A DNA stretch of 64,000 nt from Oopsacas minuta (GCA_024704765.1 JAKMXF010000077.1:832516-896515), one strand, 5' to 3'; counted from the stretch's first letter, positions 12,345 to 27,001 are shown. Notes: generated by a model not told the origin, from the letters alone. A program made the numbers and translations.

Positions 12345-13679
12345 TCAGGGCGTTCAATAAGTCTTGTGGGCCATGATATATCTTAGGAATTAGTCAAGTA
12401 ATATATCTAAGTTTCATATATTGTAAGCCCATATAGTTAAACTCCATATACTGAAAGTTTCAAGCTTATTCAATACAAATTATGAATTTTTGAGATAGTT
12501 ACGTATAGTCAATTTATACCCACTGTTGAATTTATGGCTTCAAAGGATGATAATTTCAACCTCAAATGACGAGCTTACATAGAGTTTCGCCCAATACTCA
12601 AGATCCAGTCCGTACAGATCTTCAGCGAGTTACAGGAGATATTGTGCGTGGATTGCCCTTCCAGATCTACTGTAGAGCGATGGGGCTTCCCATTTTAGAT
12701 CTGGTGATGCTGATGTCATAGATTTGCCTCGGTCTGGAAGACCGGTATCCGCCACCACTTCAGAGTATATCGCACTTATTGAAAGTATGGTTATGGAAGA
12801 CAAGTGCATTATTGTTAATCAGTTAGAACAAAGTATGGAAATTTTATCGGGAGCTATTCATACAATTCTGACGACTGAGCTTGGCTACCGATCGATTTGT
12901 GGGAAATGGGTCCCGCATAAGCTCAGTGAGAATCAAAGGTTGGTACGACTGAATATTGCCAAGAAACTCTTGGAAACTTATGAGAACTGCGATTCTAGAC
13001 GCCTAACAGAGATTATTACTGGTGACGGGACGTGGGTGTACAATTCAACACCCTATAGCAAGTATAAGAAGCGATCATGGGTGAGGCGCGATGAACAACC
13101 GGCGAAAATTCCTCGGTCCGACTTCAGAAAACCTAAGATTATGTATACCATCTTCTTCAGTAGTCATGGAATTGTCTTGCAATTACCTTGTGAGAGTGGC
13201 AAAGGTGTTATTGCAACTTTCTTTACAGAGCAAGTGCTTCCAAATTTGATAAAAAATATAGAAAAGTACCGCCCGAAAACCCGAACTCGAGGAATGAAGA
13301 TTTAATTGATAACGCCAGTTCCCATACTGCTAAGCTTACCAAAATTTTCTTGAATGTAGGAGGGTTAGAATTACTTCCCCATCCACCATACTCATGAGAC
13401 CTAGCTCCGTGTGATTTTTGGCTATTCCTCAAGCTTAAAATCTACCTTCAAGGCAAAGATTTTAACACATTACAAGCACTCGAAACGGGCCTGTACCAGT
13501 ACTTCAAATCCATCCCCGAAGAAGAGTACAGAAATGTGCTTTACAAGTGGGTGGAAAGGTTAAAACTTTGTGTATCTGCAGGAGGGGATTACTTTGAATA
13601 AACAATATAGTGAATTAGTGTGTATAGTGTTTGTATCACATTCTATGATATCACCCGTAAGACTTATTGAACGCCCTAG
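12345..13679 (+). mobile_element. mariner (DD34D) element, 1335 bp, defective; copy 1
   Basis: TIRs tcagggcgttcaataagtctt / aagacttattgaacgccctag with TA on both sides. Motifs WVPHKL, ITGDGTW, DNASSH...YS*DLAPCDF with 34-residue spacing. Contains stops and frameshifts. Confidence 0.95.
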
Positions 13680-13773
13680 TATTAGTTATCCTGGCATTAT
13701 CGTTGGATATGGGCCCTGGGAGTTGGTTGGAAGTTTCGTAGCCTTCCTACGTGTTCCCACCCTCCAAAAATTC

Positions 13774-13853
13774 AGTATAACTAATTAGAACTCTCAAGAT
13801 TGAGTGTAACTAATGACAACTCTCAAGATTGAGTATAACTAATGACAACTCTC
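13774..13853. repeat. Short tandem repeat, 29-bp unit (aactctcaagattgagtrtaactaatgac), about 2.7 copies
   Basis: Read directly from the sequence. The unit contains a small ctcaa-ga-ttgag hairpin. Confidence 0.8.
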
Positions 13854-14652
13854 TTAACAATTCGCAATTATTAGTGGTACGTATAATGAAATCACGGAGA
13901 ATTCATGGAACAAGTTATCTTATTCTAAATTAAAGTAACTACACAGTCGCAAAGTTAAAGAAATGGTTGGGATTCGCGCCCATGTTATCAATAATCCTGG
14001 GAAATTCCACCACTTCTAATGCTAAAACAAAATCCACAAACCTTCATATTTCATATTGAGATTCCTTATATGTATGAGCTATAGTCTAATACAGCTTTTT
14101 GTAATACAAAACCCCATACCCTACTTCGAAGAGGTGACTTTCATTAATCCGAAAAAATGATCTTTCCTCGAACATAGAAAAGCAAATACATAATTCCTTT
14201 TTAACTGCCCTTATTGGCCAATTTACGTCACTCGTATACAGCCTTGATAGGATTTGGCTGTACGTTAATGACACTGATTTTGGGAACTTGTTTCAGCTCT
14301 CCCTCCAGCATCTGTTTTTGCTAACGTGCGAATGTTGTTATTTTTGTCATTATTTCTCATTTACTCTATGCAATTCAGCTACACGATGTATAACCTTGCT
14401 TAAAGTTCAATAGAAATGACTTTCACTCTTACATATTTTTTATATTTTCCTATAAATTTACAAATTTCATCTATATATTCTAATGAAACTACCAATTTTC
14501 CCGTTGATACGTTATAAGATGACGAGAGATTTATAATGAACCAATAGTCAGTATGCTTAGATGAACATCACGTGGAGATAAAATAATTTCCCATTAAAGG
14601 TCTCAATTTATTTTCTCCAATTTCAATGAGTGACTGTTTGTTTGTCTGATTG

Positions 14653-16915
14653 AAGTGTTCTCGCTAAGCCTTTTTGGGGTGGCGCAGCACCCCTTTATTG
14701 TGATTATGCACCCCCCTATCGTGCCTAAATAGACATAGTGTACCCCTCTATTGTGTATAACACACCTAATATACCCCATATAGTATTCCACTATAAATTA
14801 TACATTGGATATTTATGAAAATTCTAAATAATAATATGATAATCAGATAATAGTATTAATTCAGCATTCAGAGTCACTAGTATGCGAATGATGAGAATCA
14901 TGAGATCGAGAAATCTGTATTCGTCTATTACCCATAGATTCCCACTTCCTTAGAGCTGGGTATGGGTCCCAGTTTTGGACAGAGGGACCTTCAATAGAAT
15001 TTCGCATAAGGTGATCCAATGTTTTACATTTCAAACGGTTTCTCTGTGGAGATTTAATCCTTTTCATAGTAGAAAAAAGTCTTTCAACCTGCGCACTAGA
15101 TGCAGGTAATACTGCAATACGTCCCAAAATATTTGAAATTAGTGGATATGCTACTGCCATCGTTTCTCTGTTTGCTGGGGAATGCATAACATGAGCAACT
15201 ACCTCCACGCTCTAAGGCATTGGCAGCTTTCAACAAACGACTTGTACCCTGTGTACTCTTGCCAAAGTTTATGCCCGTCGATCTGTAATCTATCTCCAAT
15301 CTCCAACATGTTAACTTGAGTAGCAGATTGGACATTTCGTGGATCAAAGTATCCAAGCAGCGTGAGTGTTCTAACTTGAGGGAACCTATTCTCTAAATTA
15401 GTTATGATGGCACCAATCTATGATTTGGCATTCTTAATAAAGCTAGTTTCTTCAAATGGATTAGTAACTTCAATTTCTTTCATTGTTGCTTCTAGGTCTA
15501 TCATATATCCACCATGTAGAGGGTCTTCTTTAATCACACATAATGCTACTTTAGCATCGTCAACTAACTGCTCCACAGCAAGTAAGTTGAGTTGTGCTAG
15601 CTGGAATGTTCGAGAAAGGTTCCCCAGTATAGCAAGGAATGTTTGAGAGAAGCAGTAGTGATGCAATGAATGTAGGGTTTACAATTTCATTGCAAAGCCC
15701 ATGGGAGGTTGCTTCTCCCTCAGCAGCCTCATGCTATAACGTTGCATATACAGCCTTTATAGTTCTTCGAAGAGCATCTACTGCACCTTGATGTGACAGC
15801 CACCTTGTCTCTGTAGGGCGTTGTAACTTCAAATAAGGTTCATTCAGTGCCTTTTGCATCTCACAAAATTCTGAAGTACGCACAGTACTCCTTGAAAAAA
15901 AGACATAGATTTGATTCAGAATTCGCTGGAATCTTTGGATCATTGTAGATGCATTACTAGCATCACAGGTTGCAAGAGATAACCTATGTGCACTACAGTA
16001 TGTAGCGATGAATGTAGGTACTACTTGCTTGATTCTAGTCACCGCACCATGTTCACATCCCCCCATGACTGAGGCTCCATCAGTAGCACCACCTCTCTCA
16101 GATCTGAAAAATGTGTGGTGTAGGCCATTTCATGTTTGTTGAGATAGCACATGCAACGCATAGCATGACTGAAGGCAAATTCATCTACTGTCAGTGTGTT
16201 TCTTCTTTCCACCATGCTTACTACAGTAGATTTATTTGCTACTCTGGTCTTCCACTCCTGATAAACCATCTGACAATCTGCGTGAGCTTTGCACGACTCA
16301 TGTCTCCCAAGTTTGTCAGGTCTGTTTCCTGTATATGGCATAGTAATAAACACTCCCGAACGGCTTCGAACTTCGTATTTATTGTGGAAACAATACTGAC
16401 AGTAAAGGCCATCTTATTTCAACAATAACTACGGATAAATATCACGCCATTTCGACTCTCCAAACGATCTCCAGGAAGTTGTAGTACCACGTCTTGAGCT
16501 AGAGGACTCAGACTCACCGAAAGAACCCGCATCCAATTTTACAAAAGAAGATGACTCGGAGCAGGGACGATTAGTATCAGAGTTTGGCTCGATAGATTCT
16601 TGTGGTGTGAAGAATTCATGCCCAATCTTTGTTGTCCCTCAGAAAGCTTAAGCTTTTTTAGCGGCTTATCAGGATTCAGCTCTAAATCACGCAGTTAAAT
16701 AATCTAAAACAGTCGCACTACAATAATTAAGAAAGGTCTTTTTCTAGTAGAATTATCCCGTAATACCGTATAATAGCATAGTAATTCGATGTTATATATT
16801 CACCCAAAAAACGGGCAATATACTTCTTTATTCCTTAAGGGTGTATTTTAACGCGTATTGTGCGCAACGTGTGTAAGGTGCACCCCCCTATTACATAATC
16901 CTGGCGAGAACCCTG
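14653..16915 (-). mobile_element. hAT transposon, ZNF862-like transposase, frameshifted
   Basis: TIRs aagtgttctcgctaag / cagggttctcgccagg. Flanks share CTGATTG. Motifs YCSAHRLSL, TETRWLS and the dimerisation domain LPASSAQVERLFSTMKRIK..RNRL. Confidence 0.9.
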
Positions 16916-19900
16916 CTGATTGTCCGTTGCCAAAAGCATGATTTATGCTACGCTATTCTGAGATGCTCTATAAGGAAAATTTTCATTTTCCGTGCCTCCT
17001 ACAGTAATTTTAACAGCATAACTCACGAAATTTGCAAGTAATTATGTCTATCTCTGAATTGCCCCCATATTTTTGCCTGCACCCGATCCCTCCCTATTTG
17101 TTAAATCGCGTGAACTCTGACATTATAGTAAAACTCAAGATTGTAAATAGAATTTTTCTATGCTGTGACTTGAGTGCTAGGGTAATCAATTTTTCTTCTT
17201 GAAGTGCTGAAGCACATTGGAAATGGTTCTATGTCATTTTAAGGTATGCCTCTGAGCACAGCTATCTGAAATTTCGGAGTAGCATACCTTAAATCCTGTT
17301 CTTGACAACGGATACAAAACAGACAAACAAACAAGTGTACAAACAGTGGCAATAATAGTGCTTAAGAAGGAAAGTATGTGTAAATTTATGGTCGAATTGC
17401 AACAAGCTCAGCTACAGACAAAATTACTAGGTAATGCATATGGAAACTTTTTTCGTAAGCAGTATCTACATAAATAGGGATGGGAAATTTTGCGGTCTAA
17501 TAATGCAACTTTGAAAATGAATATTTAAACTTTCGAAACTAAGGCCAGTGAGTGTGATTATTTCCTAAAACACTTTTATGTGATTTAGTTAATTTGAGAA
17601 AACAAATGAAAGAATAATTCAATTATAATGCCCACCTGGGTTGCTAGTTAAACAAGCCCTATATATTATTTCTAGTATTCTCCGCCATCAATTCTGCTAA
17701 AATATATAACCCTAGTAATAATCTTTTATGAGGTATGGATCCATCGGTGGGATGCGCACCCTATCATATTTCATAATAGAATGTATTCTAGTTACATTTT
17801 GTCGAGCACTTTGTGGATAAATTTTAATGAAGAAATTCAAATCAATTCATGACGATATGTAAATTGTTAGAAACTACGATGGATAAATGATTGCGATTAA
17901 ACGATTAGTATAAATGAATAGATTCTCGGTATTGACGAACGAAGCTTTCTGGTCAATAAGCGTATAGCTATATATTTATATTTTCACTGTGCCAATTATT
18001 GTACAGTATAGTTGCTCACTATTGATATTGGTGCATTAGTCTTGTGTAATGTGCTAACTACTAGGTAATAAGCCAGTATTGAGGCTATTGCTAATATTTA
18101 TACTTTTTACTTCCAAATAATTCTAAGAACATAGAATATTCTTGAAAATGGAGAGATGAAGGCATTATTGGTTTCGAATAGTGTGCGATAATGGTGTAGA
18201 ATCTTCCGCGAAGGCACCTAAAGTTTGGTAGGCGATAAAATGTCTCCCCTGAGTTTGGATCAACAATGAAACTACTGAAAGGGATTGTTTGACCATATTT
18301 ATGTAAATTTGAGTACTTAGTTACTTGTAGTTTGGGCTGTGAAAGCGTAACAAAAAATATCAGATGATAGCAATAATTTCATTACTGGCTCATGCACTGA
18401 ACATTTAGTAGTCTGCACAGTACTCATGAATGAAGCACCAATTTCACTACTGAGCGATTATGCTATTCGCAAATTGGTACAATAAAACAATACATATACC
18501 GCTTTTCGCGTGTTAAATAATTGGCTTGATCAATCCGTATTTTTATCGAAATTATTACTATCTCGTATTAATATGTAATAACTAAAATGTCCAGCCGATA
18601 GGCTGTTAGTGCAGCTCTGACCTCTACGTCATGTTTCTTACCAATCACTAAAGTATTTGTCATAACTAAAGGAGGTCGGTTTATCTTTTAGAACGACCTT
18701 CTAGCACCAATTTCATTGAAGTGGCTACGATTTCAATGGTTATATTTGTACCGATCCTATGCAATGTGACGGGGCTGGAAATTTCTACCTATGTTCACCG
18801 CCATCACATTGACTCTGGTGTAAATATCCTAGAATTAGTGTGATTAAATCAAATTATTAAAATAGTTCAAAGTATAAATATAAGCCTAAATAAGTGGCGT
18901 AACCAGCTTTGGCAGACTACTAGCTCACAGGTAGGACATGGAGTTCGGTGCCGCGAAATCGGGGGAATGTGGTGGGCATAACCTCGTCCAACGTAATTAA
19001 GTTTCCGCAAACATGCCATCCTGTCTACGCCTCTCTACCTAATGTATTTCAATGTAATTAATCATACAATAAGTCACGTAGATATACATGTGTCCAGATG
19101 TGCATAGTAATACGAATAAATAAATTTTTAACTTTGTTCTTTTAATATTTAGTTTATAATTGTTTTATTTGATTTATTTTTATTATTGTAATTTAATTAA
19201 TCAAGAGTTGTAATATTTTTAGTATTAAGCAAATCTTGACAGTTAAAAGTAAAACAAAGCAATATCTAAGAATTCTGGTCAACATAACTTAGAAATCCTT
19301 GAATATTTATTAACTTATTCCATTCCAATGCTTCCTCTTTGCTCTTTGGAGTGCGATTATTCTAAGAAAAAGTATTTTTTGCTCTGATTACGCAAAAGGC
19401 TACTTCAACTCTTAGCAATGCAGAGTTCGAGGATTGAAATAGTCAAACACAGAATATTTCCTTCAGAAAAATATTATCAGATAATTTCAATTCTAGTTGT
19501 AATAAAAGAGAAATCCATTTACATGAGTTAGAGCCATCGTTAACTTGCATATTCACGGCGATGGAAAAGTATGTATTCTCAAGTCTCTTATATAGCTACA
19601 GCTATAAAGGAATAAGTAGCCGTAACATTTGATTCGAAAGATAATTACTGAAATCACAGTGCAAAAGTTAAGTCCGAGTGTTTGAGGTAGGTGCTACAGA
19701 AAATAAATATGTATTGATGGTCTAGTCAAGAAAGGGTAAATATATTGGAAATTATGAGTAGCCCTCCATCAAATGATGCTGAGTCACATTATATAAGACA
19801 TATAGTGAACCATTGAGATCAAAAATACGTGTTAAATGTTGTAACATATTACAACTCTTAACTAATCAAATCAAATTTTTTTATCATAATAATTCGAACG

Positions 19901-20234
19901 CTTTTAATACATTTTTATAATAATATTTTAAAAACAATAACAAAATTAAGAAAACTATTTACTTGATTATTATGCACATATAGGCACATACTATATGTAC
20001 GTGATTTATTTTATGGCCACATTTGAATACATTTGGCTTATAGTTTGAACATGGGGTTATACAGGGTTCCAAGCACGCTCCTAGCGCTCCTCCCGAATTT
20101 TGGTACGCCTAAATAAGTAAATTTGTGTTACGGTATAGGGAAATATCTAAAATTTCACGCTCCTAAAATTTTCATCTCAGAATCATACGCCTAGAGGAGG
20201 GTCCGGCTCTCCCAGTTATACCCTTGTATTTGAA

Positions 20235-20689
20235 TCTTATTTGCGAGCCGCTTTGCTTTCTCGCGATTACCGACTTGCGAACACTCTGTGTCAGCATGCA
20301 GCTATTTAGAATTGTCTTTAAAATGTACAGCAATTGACATTATTCACAATTTAGGGTTGATGATAGCATATTTGGAATCAGTGTACCCCATTATGTTAGT
20401 ATAATCTTAAATCCAAGTTCTGGAAGTATTTAGAAATATGTTTACCTTAGAATTTGGATTCATAAAACAACAATAAATACATATCAGAAATTTGAAAATG
20501 CGAATTTCGTTTTCTGTACACTTAATTAACCTAATTTTGCATAAAATGTATTCTAAAGTCTGAGATCAGATTCAGCATGTGTTTACTTTCTTGGTAAACA
20601 CGATGAATGCATAGTTATGCGACTTCTCACTGTCAGAATTGAAAAATTTGATTTCAAAATCGCATTCCATAATCTCTTTGCTTCACAAT

Positions 20690-20732
<43 letters not shown>

Positions 20733-20790
20733 TAGACACACGCAAACAAAATTTTTTTTGCAATTTAATACTTTAGAAGCTTGCTAATCT
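20235..20790 (+). repeat. Helitron-like non-autonomous repeat containing (GACA)n at 20691-20738
   Basis: Shares cttgcgaacactctgtgt and tttggaatca..gtacc blocks with 62870-63450. Boundaries are approximate. Confidence 0.5.
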
Positions 20791-21151
20791 GAATCCTCGC
20801 TAATCCACCCGGTCCGTAAGGTTATACAACTTTTGGAAATATTCTTTAATGTCACAAATAACTACCATATCACCTCGAATAATAGCCGAGGCGGTTATTA
20901 TTTAATCTCCTGAAATACAAGTTACGATGTTGTAAACAATAATTTCTATTTTATCATTCATATGTGCTGCATTGTGTAAATTTATCCTAACAAACAGTAG
21001 ATTGATCAAAATAGATGGCAAATGACGATTAACTATAAGCAGTTATTATATTTGGAGGTCCAGGGTGACGGGCGATTATTCGAATGAGGCGATATTTGAG
21101 TGGGGCTATTATCCTACTTAACACGGTAATTGTTTCCAAATCTATTGTGGA

Positions 21152-23899
21152 CAGGGCCGGATAATCCTTAGTGGACTAGAGGCACTGTACCCAGGCCTAC
21201 GAAGTTTCTGGGTGCTAAGAAAGTTATGGACCTAAATTATATACAGTTGAATTCGGATAAGACGTACCCCTTTGGGAAAGAAAATTTCGAATGTACTATC
21301 CTAGTGTACGTCTTTTCCGAATAGAAATGTAATGAAATGAATGGCGACTAAAGTTTTGGAAACAAAGAAATAGTACGTATTAATCTAGTGTGCGTCTTAA
21401 CCCGATTATGTCTTATCCGAGTTCTACTAACTGGATTAACAAACTAAGACGAAATGAGTATTAGACGAAATAATGTATGTGTAAATTATTAGTAAGAGGA
21501 AATTATTGATTAGAAAGTAAATTTCAAAGTGGCTTTGATTATTGGAAATGCGATATCAAGAATTCAGTCACATGAATATTCTAAGGAACATCTTTAAGCC
21601 AATCTGTTAACCTTGAGCCTAAAAGGTGAATGGGAATTTGATGTCGAATTAGGGAAACAGTCAGAAAAAGAATTGGATTTTTGTAATCGAGGATTAAAAA
21701 TATACAATTACAACCTGTTCAGATAGCTTAGGTATCTTAATTAAAATGTTTAAAAGTGGTACTATTAATTAGATTCATTATGTGTATTGAGATTAAAGAT
21801 AATATATAATAATGCCTCAAATTCATTGTGCCACTTATTAAACTATTTTAATTAATAGACTAAGTTGTAGTCACAGATATTACCGATGGCATAATGCTAT
21901 ATGAACACATTATATTATTTATTCTGGCCAACTTTAGATGCAAATTGTGATTGGATGGTGGCGTCTATTTCTTAAATTTAGGGAAAACCCAAGAGTGACT
22001 TCAAACATTTTGAATAGCTATTGTCTGAAACTTTCTTAGTGAATTTTAAGAATGTATTTTGGTCAAGAAATTATGGATAAATTGTTGCTGGTGGTCAAAA
22101 GTATAATCATTATGTCGTAATGTGTTGTAGAAATTTTTAACTTAAATCTACACTCAGTAGATTATTTGTGACTTTGAGTATAACTTTGGGCTCTGAATCG
22201 CAAATGTTGTGGCCAGAGCAGTGTACAGAGAGACATGGAAATCCAGTAAAGGCAAATGTGTCTTATCTCCTGTTAATAATATTTGATGAATTCATTGACA
22301 TATATTAATCACACACAAGTACTCGCACACCACAAACATATACATTTGTAAATCCTGAAAATATGACTAATATTTGAATATACATACGATAATAACCCTT
22401 AAAAGAACTTGTTGACCAGGATAGTTAACATTCCTGGCAACATGGGTGAATCTTTTCGAATTAAATATTTTCTAGCTTGACATACTCATTAAATGATAAT
22501 GAGCTAGGAATATTCATATTTGTGCCACAACTGATAGAAGTGCCACATTCGATGCATGTGTGCACCACTACGTATGTTTATAAGTATCTTTCAAAATCGA
22601 CTTACTCCCAACTAAACAAATAGTTCGAAATCTATTTTAAGAGTCTCAAATGATTTTCATACAGTATTCCATTCTTGTGCCAATTATCTAATGTTGTCCT
22701 ACCTCTGCCACTTGTAGCACAGATATGAAAATGCAAATATGACTACTATATTTTCTCTAATCAGTTCGAAAATACTGGTGTAATGCACACCCGTAGATTG
22801 CGAATATGCTATCACAATTGCTCCTACTCATTTGTATTGTTGACAATTAGGAATAGAATAATTCCCAGTTTATTGTCTATTTAATTAGTAAAGTTAGCCT
22901 AGAAAATATCTAGTTCGAAAAATATGCATCGATTTAATTAGTACAATGTCAACTAGCACAGTCTAATAGTTCTTTCAATTAATTATTGTATGTCCTTCCA
23001 AATATTAGCCGTATTTCCAAGATGTACAATTGTATATTTTGCTATTTGCAAGTACTTTTGTTCTATTAGTGTACTTGCATATACAATCCCATAATTATCA
23101 GAAGAACAAGAAACTAAATATTTTGGTTTCAGTATTGATTCTATGGCAGATATAGCTTACATAGACCAACTAACTGTAATTATCAGGTGATGCCTTTCTG
23201 ATAGACATCTGGATGAACGATTTCTTGAATACATTCCGAATAGAACACTGATGGAAAGTATTTGTTTGAAGTATTGCAAAACTTTCTGAAGTCGACTACA
23301 TAGAATTGATATACCAAATACAGCTTACAATCCTAGGACAACGCCGTCAACATGTCTGGGATGTATTCTGATTCCTAGCTCGCTTTCGTAAAAAGAGTTG
23401 TTTTGCAGAATGGACTCCTTGCGCTGCACACAGCCTCAATTTAATTGGATCTACTGCAGTTGAGAATGTAATTCAGCTATTAGGCTTTTTGAAATTCTAC
23501 AGTCTCTCTACTCAATTCTTTCAGCTGCACATCAAAAATGGCCAAACTAACACCAACTATACAATGAAAAATCACATGATCCAGAGTTTGTCTGAAACAA
23601 AATGGTAGACACGCAGTAATGCATCAAAGGCTCTGGTTAAGAACTATTTAGAAACTCCAAGAAGCAGGGATTTAAATATGCACGGTTGTGAAGTTTTATG
23701 AATAGAAATGGGGCCGAAATTTACACTGTGGCCAGCATTCAGCACCATTTCCAAACACTATGAAATATATTCATAGATATGACTCATTCCATTAATCAAC
23801 AAACATTTCAAGCTAAAATTTAATTTATAGATATATTTTCGGTTGAAATAGCTTTAAAAAAATGGGCCCCTGGCCTACTATTGTAATAATCCGGCCCCG
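21152..23899 (+). mobile_element. Old hAT (ZMYM1-like transposase) relic with secondary insertions
   Basis: TIR cagggccggat / atccggccccg. Flanks attgtgga / actgtaga match at 6 of 8 positions. Traces: RIQSHEYSKEH (about 21560), KYFGFSIDS..IDQLTVIIR..DERFL (about 23110-23240), DNAVNMSG and PCAAHSLNLIG (about 23340-23450). Confidence 0.75.
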
Positions 23900-24008
23900 A
23901 CTGTAGACAAATACATATTGCTCTATTACACATGTTGACTGCCTTCTTAAAGTTTGTTCAACTTTCGAAAGAATGTCTCCCTATATCGTATAGGATTGTT
24001 TCAATGTA

Positions 24009-25346
24009 CAGGGTGTCTCAAAAGTCTTCTCCTCTTATGAATACCACTATAATATAGGATTTCTTATATAGATTCATCTAATTATTTGCCTATATATTCA
24101 CCATTAAGTTTGATATGGATTAATTCGACTTGGCATCCCATCAACTAAATCTCAAGTATCGACGGGCTAATCCCATTCCATATATTTTCCCAATATTTTC
24201 CGACCTGTGTTAAATTTGTAGCGGGCTTTCTCTTGTCTAGCTCTGCTTGCATAATAGACCAAAGATTTTCGATGGGATTTAAATCTGGGGAGTTACTAGG
24301 CCAAAGACCTTTCTCCCAAAAGCCAGGTAGATGCTCTGAAAGCCATTTCTGGGTCCTGATGGCTGTATGGGAAGTGGCGCTATCCTACATGAAAATTTGT
24401 CTCGGACATCTTTAGACACTTTTTCCTTTGGGTAAGTGGGGTACTAGTCTTTCTAGACTTAAAGGTAAGGAGACAACACTTCTCCAGGACTTCATTAATA
24501 TAGTAGTCAGTATTCACTGAGAGTTTTGGGGGGATGAAGTGTAGTTCTGATAGCCCTGACCGGCTTATCATTCCCCAGACCATCATTTTCGGGGGGTTTT
24601 GACTGATTCAACTTGGGTAATGTTATGTGGATTAATGTCCCAAACACGATCATTCTGCCTATTAGTCGGATGGAAAAGCTCAAAAGGGCTTTCATCACTA
24701 AAAAGAACTCTTTCTCAATCACGATCAGTCCATGTTTTGCGTTCCTGACAGAATTCTAGCCTCTTTACCTTTTGTTTTTCAGTCAATTTCGGGTATAAGG
24801 GTCTTTTATAGGCTTTCGCTCCGATTGTGTCGCGTCAATAACGGTGAATTGTATCTTTACTAACGATCACTGACTTAGAAGAGATATATTTCGCAAGATT
24901 TCGGGTTGAATTGTAGCGTTTCTCGATTGATTTTCGAATTATAATTTTCAGAATCCGGGAAAGCTTCGTCGGACGTCCAGACCGGGGCTTGTCATCAAGC
25001 AAATATCCAGCTCTATGCCTTCTACACCAGTTCCGAACTGTCCGAATTGTAACTCCAAGAGTATTGGCGATTGTTTTCTGTGTTGAACCCGCTTCAATCA
25101 TGCCAACACTCGCTCACGAACAGCAAATCTCGGTTTCATGACATCCATGTATGAAATTTGTGAGGTTTGAGAAAAAATATCGAGAATATAAACAGATTAT
25201 CAAATAAGGAAATGAAGTATTCATCATAGAATTGGACTACTATAGACTACTAATAATCTGAAAATGGTTGGTTAGTAAACAATACTGTTCGATTTATAAC
25301 GACTTCAATCGAAGTACTGAGGAGGAAAAACCTTTGAGACCCCCTG
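24009..25346 (-). mobile_element. Tc1-like element with DD37E spacing, defective
   Basis: TA flanks. TIRs cagggtgtctcaaaag / cagggggtctcaaagg. HTH region in 24835-25101. Motifs FSDES, MVWGMIS, and M*DSATSH...NSPDLNPIE with 37 residues between D and E. Confidence 0.9.
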
Positions 25347-25759
25347 TATTTGGTAAATTCGAAAGAATTATTTTCAATTGGAGCTTTACCGTTCGGATTA
25401 GTGAGGATGTGCTGTAATACGATTTGGTTTTAACAACTACACTAGTGGTCCGAATATACCGGGGAGGTTGGATTATATCGGGGGTTTATAATATCCTGAA
25501 CTAATATAAATATATTACCTAAGAACATACTACAATAGCATTCTCTAAAATAGATGCGAGGAAATTCTATAGAATCCAGGTAATTTATGGAAACAAACAG
25601 TAAATTAATGTGGTTGATTGAATAGCTACTGATTATATTTCTAAATATGTCTCAAATTATGCATTTCAATTGTCTAAAGTATGATATCACGTCATGCGGT
25701 TTCGCAAAAGTTATTTTTGGAGAGAAAGATGCTGCTCTTCAAATTGTATTTAAACCATG

Positions 25760-27001
25760 TTTTCAGCGTTTTTGCTTCATGACAGTTGTATATTATGACA
25801 AATGCGAATAGTTATTTTACAAAAATGATTTGTATGAATGGAATATTTCACCAAACCCAGTTTTATGTGTAGAGGTGTTAATAGAATTTTCTCAGGATTT
25901 ACTAAGGACTGACAACTTACACTCTTTATATCAGCAGTTAATTGAAGTCGTAGATGCCACACCTTAACTATTTAGTGGGATTGCCTTGCTCTACTATCCC
26001 ACTCACAGAGGAAGTAACAATATTTCGTGTATCCAGGTTGCATAACCAACAAAAGTCCAATTACCTTCAGATCACCACAGATGTGCCAATTGTAAGAGTG
26101 ATATCTGATCAGTTTCAATAAGATATCCATATTCTCATGAGACTCCTTCATGTGTACTGAATGACCTATCGGTATGGATGGTAATGCATTACCTTTGTGA
26201 AGTTAGACTGCCTTGAGGCTGTACTTAGAAGAACCAATGAAGAGACGCCACTTTGATGGCTCGTGTTGATCACCTAATTACTCCATCACACGATCCACAA
26301 TGTTACAATAACAAAGAGACCCCTGCATTTCAAAATGTGTAGAGAAATAAATTAGACGGGTCCTGAAAAATGAAACTTTAGTTTCCTTATCCAATAAGTT
26401 CCAACCCTTCAATCTTGACCCAAGCAATTCACTTTGATCTTTTGTCAAATTCAAGTCCCTAACCAAATCATTCAGCTCACTTTGATTAATGATATGGGGA
26501 AGTCTTGTTTTGTCAGGTGGTATAGGCGGAGGTATAAATTCCTCATCATCTTGATCTAACACAGCATATTCAAAAGTATCGTCATCAAAGGAAACTTTCT
26601 TAGGCTTAGGTACTTTGAATTCTGTAGAATGCTCAACAGGACGAATCGCAGATTGAAGATTGGGATAACATATATTGTTCTTGGTCTTAGAAGTGATTCC
26701 TATTATATCAGTCAAGCAGAAACAACAATCGGTATAATAATCTCTTGGTTCCCTCCATATCATGGGAATAGCAAATTGTATTGGTACGTAGGCCATTTTG
26801 CCATTTACTAAGTCCTATTGCACATGTTGAGTAACACAAATGACGTGCCCAAGGCTTATCTCGATCACCAATCTTGCAACCGAAATATTACTCGTATCCC
26901 TTGTGTACAAGGGGAGACATGTCTCTCACCTGAAATTTTGTATTAAATTCTCCACAAATATAACAGAAAGAATCGGTTGGGTTTGAACATCGACGTGACA
27001 T
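25760..27001 (-). mobile_element. Second, more diverged Chapaev3-like relic
   Basis: MSRRCSNPTDSFCYICGEF from 27001, GDRDKPWA, FAIPMIWREP, QSELNDLVRDLNL, LTPLHIKLGL. Termini not found. Confidence 0.75.

Noticed and set aside
12724-13305. SETMAR-like domesticated gene
   Set aside because: There is no SET domain, the ORF has TIRs, a TA duplication and inactivating lesions, so it is an ordinary mariner.
13774-13853. CRISPR-like 29-bp repeat with an internal palindrome
   Set aside because: The units are directly adjacent with no spacers, there are no cas genes, and the context is eukaryotic.
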